DNA of 64,000 nt from Octopus sinensis (taxonomy: Eukaryota). This document shows, piece after piece, positions 63,802 to 64,000 of the stretch. Every line of letters begins with the position of its first letter. The first letter of the stretch is position 1. Where the stretch lies: NCBI RefSeq assembly GCF_006345805.1, contig NW_021832833.1, positions 1 through 64,000 on the forward strand, read 5' to 3'. The notes under the pieces were generated by a model that was not told the origin of the DNA, did no database searches, and saw only the letters and a program-made list of their open reading frames with translations. The position numbers and the translations under genes were made by a program.

Positions 63802-64000
63802 TTATTCTTTCTCTTCTTCTGTCTTTCCCTTACATTCCCTCTTCCTCACGTCATGGGCACTTCTCTCTCCCTCTTTTAATCTCTAATCATGTGAAAGCGT
63901 TACCGACGGGTCACGTTACATAATGATAAGCATAATTATTATAAGATTAATAAACAACGTGACCCCGTGCCGTCAAAACTGACGGCTAATTATAGTATTT

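Overview
Repeat-dense, AT-rich animal genomic DNA. The SINE families and microsatellite spectrum look cephalopod, probably Octopus; this is inference, as no database search was possible. One host gene is recognisable on the minus strand from 59662 down to 35908. It has 15 exons with canonical splice sites whose phases join into one open frame of 923 codons: nine tandem, strongly cationic EGF exons, then VWA, VWD (two exons), C8, TIL and a TILa/EGF-like exon. Its start and end were not found. The rest is mostly mobile DNA: three R4/Dong-type LINEs stacked in a (TAA)n tract; a Penelope-like element with a hammerhead ribozyme in each terminal repeat; a solo hammerhead; an ORF1-only retroposon with a 13-bp target-site duplication; Tx1/L1-like fragments next to (AGAT)n; mariner elements and MITEs; Helitron-like elements; four tRNA-type SINE families; a local segmental duplication; and several fold-back palindromes. 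Most ORFs in the supplied track are microsatellite or antisense noise.
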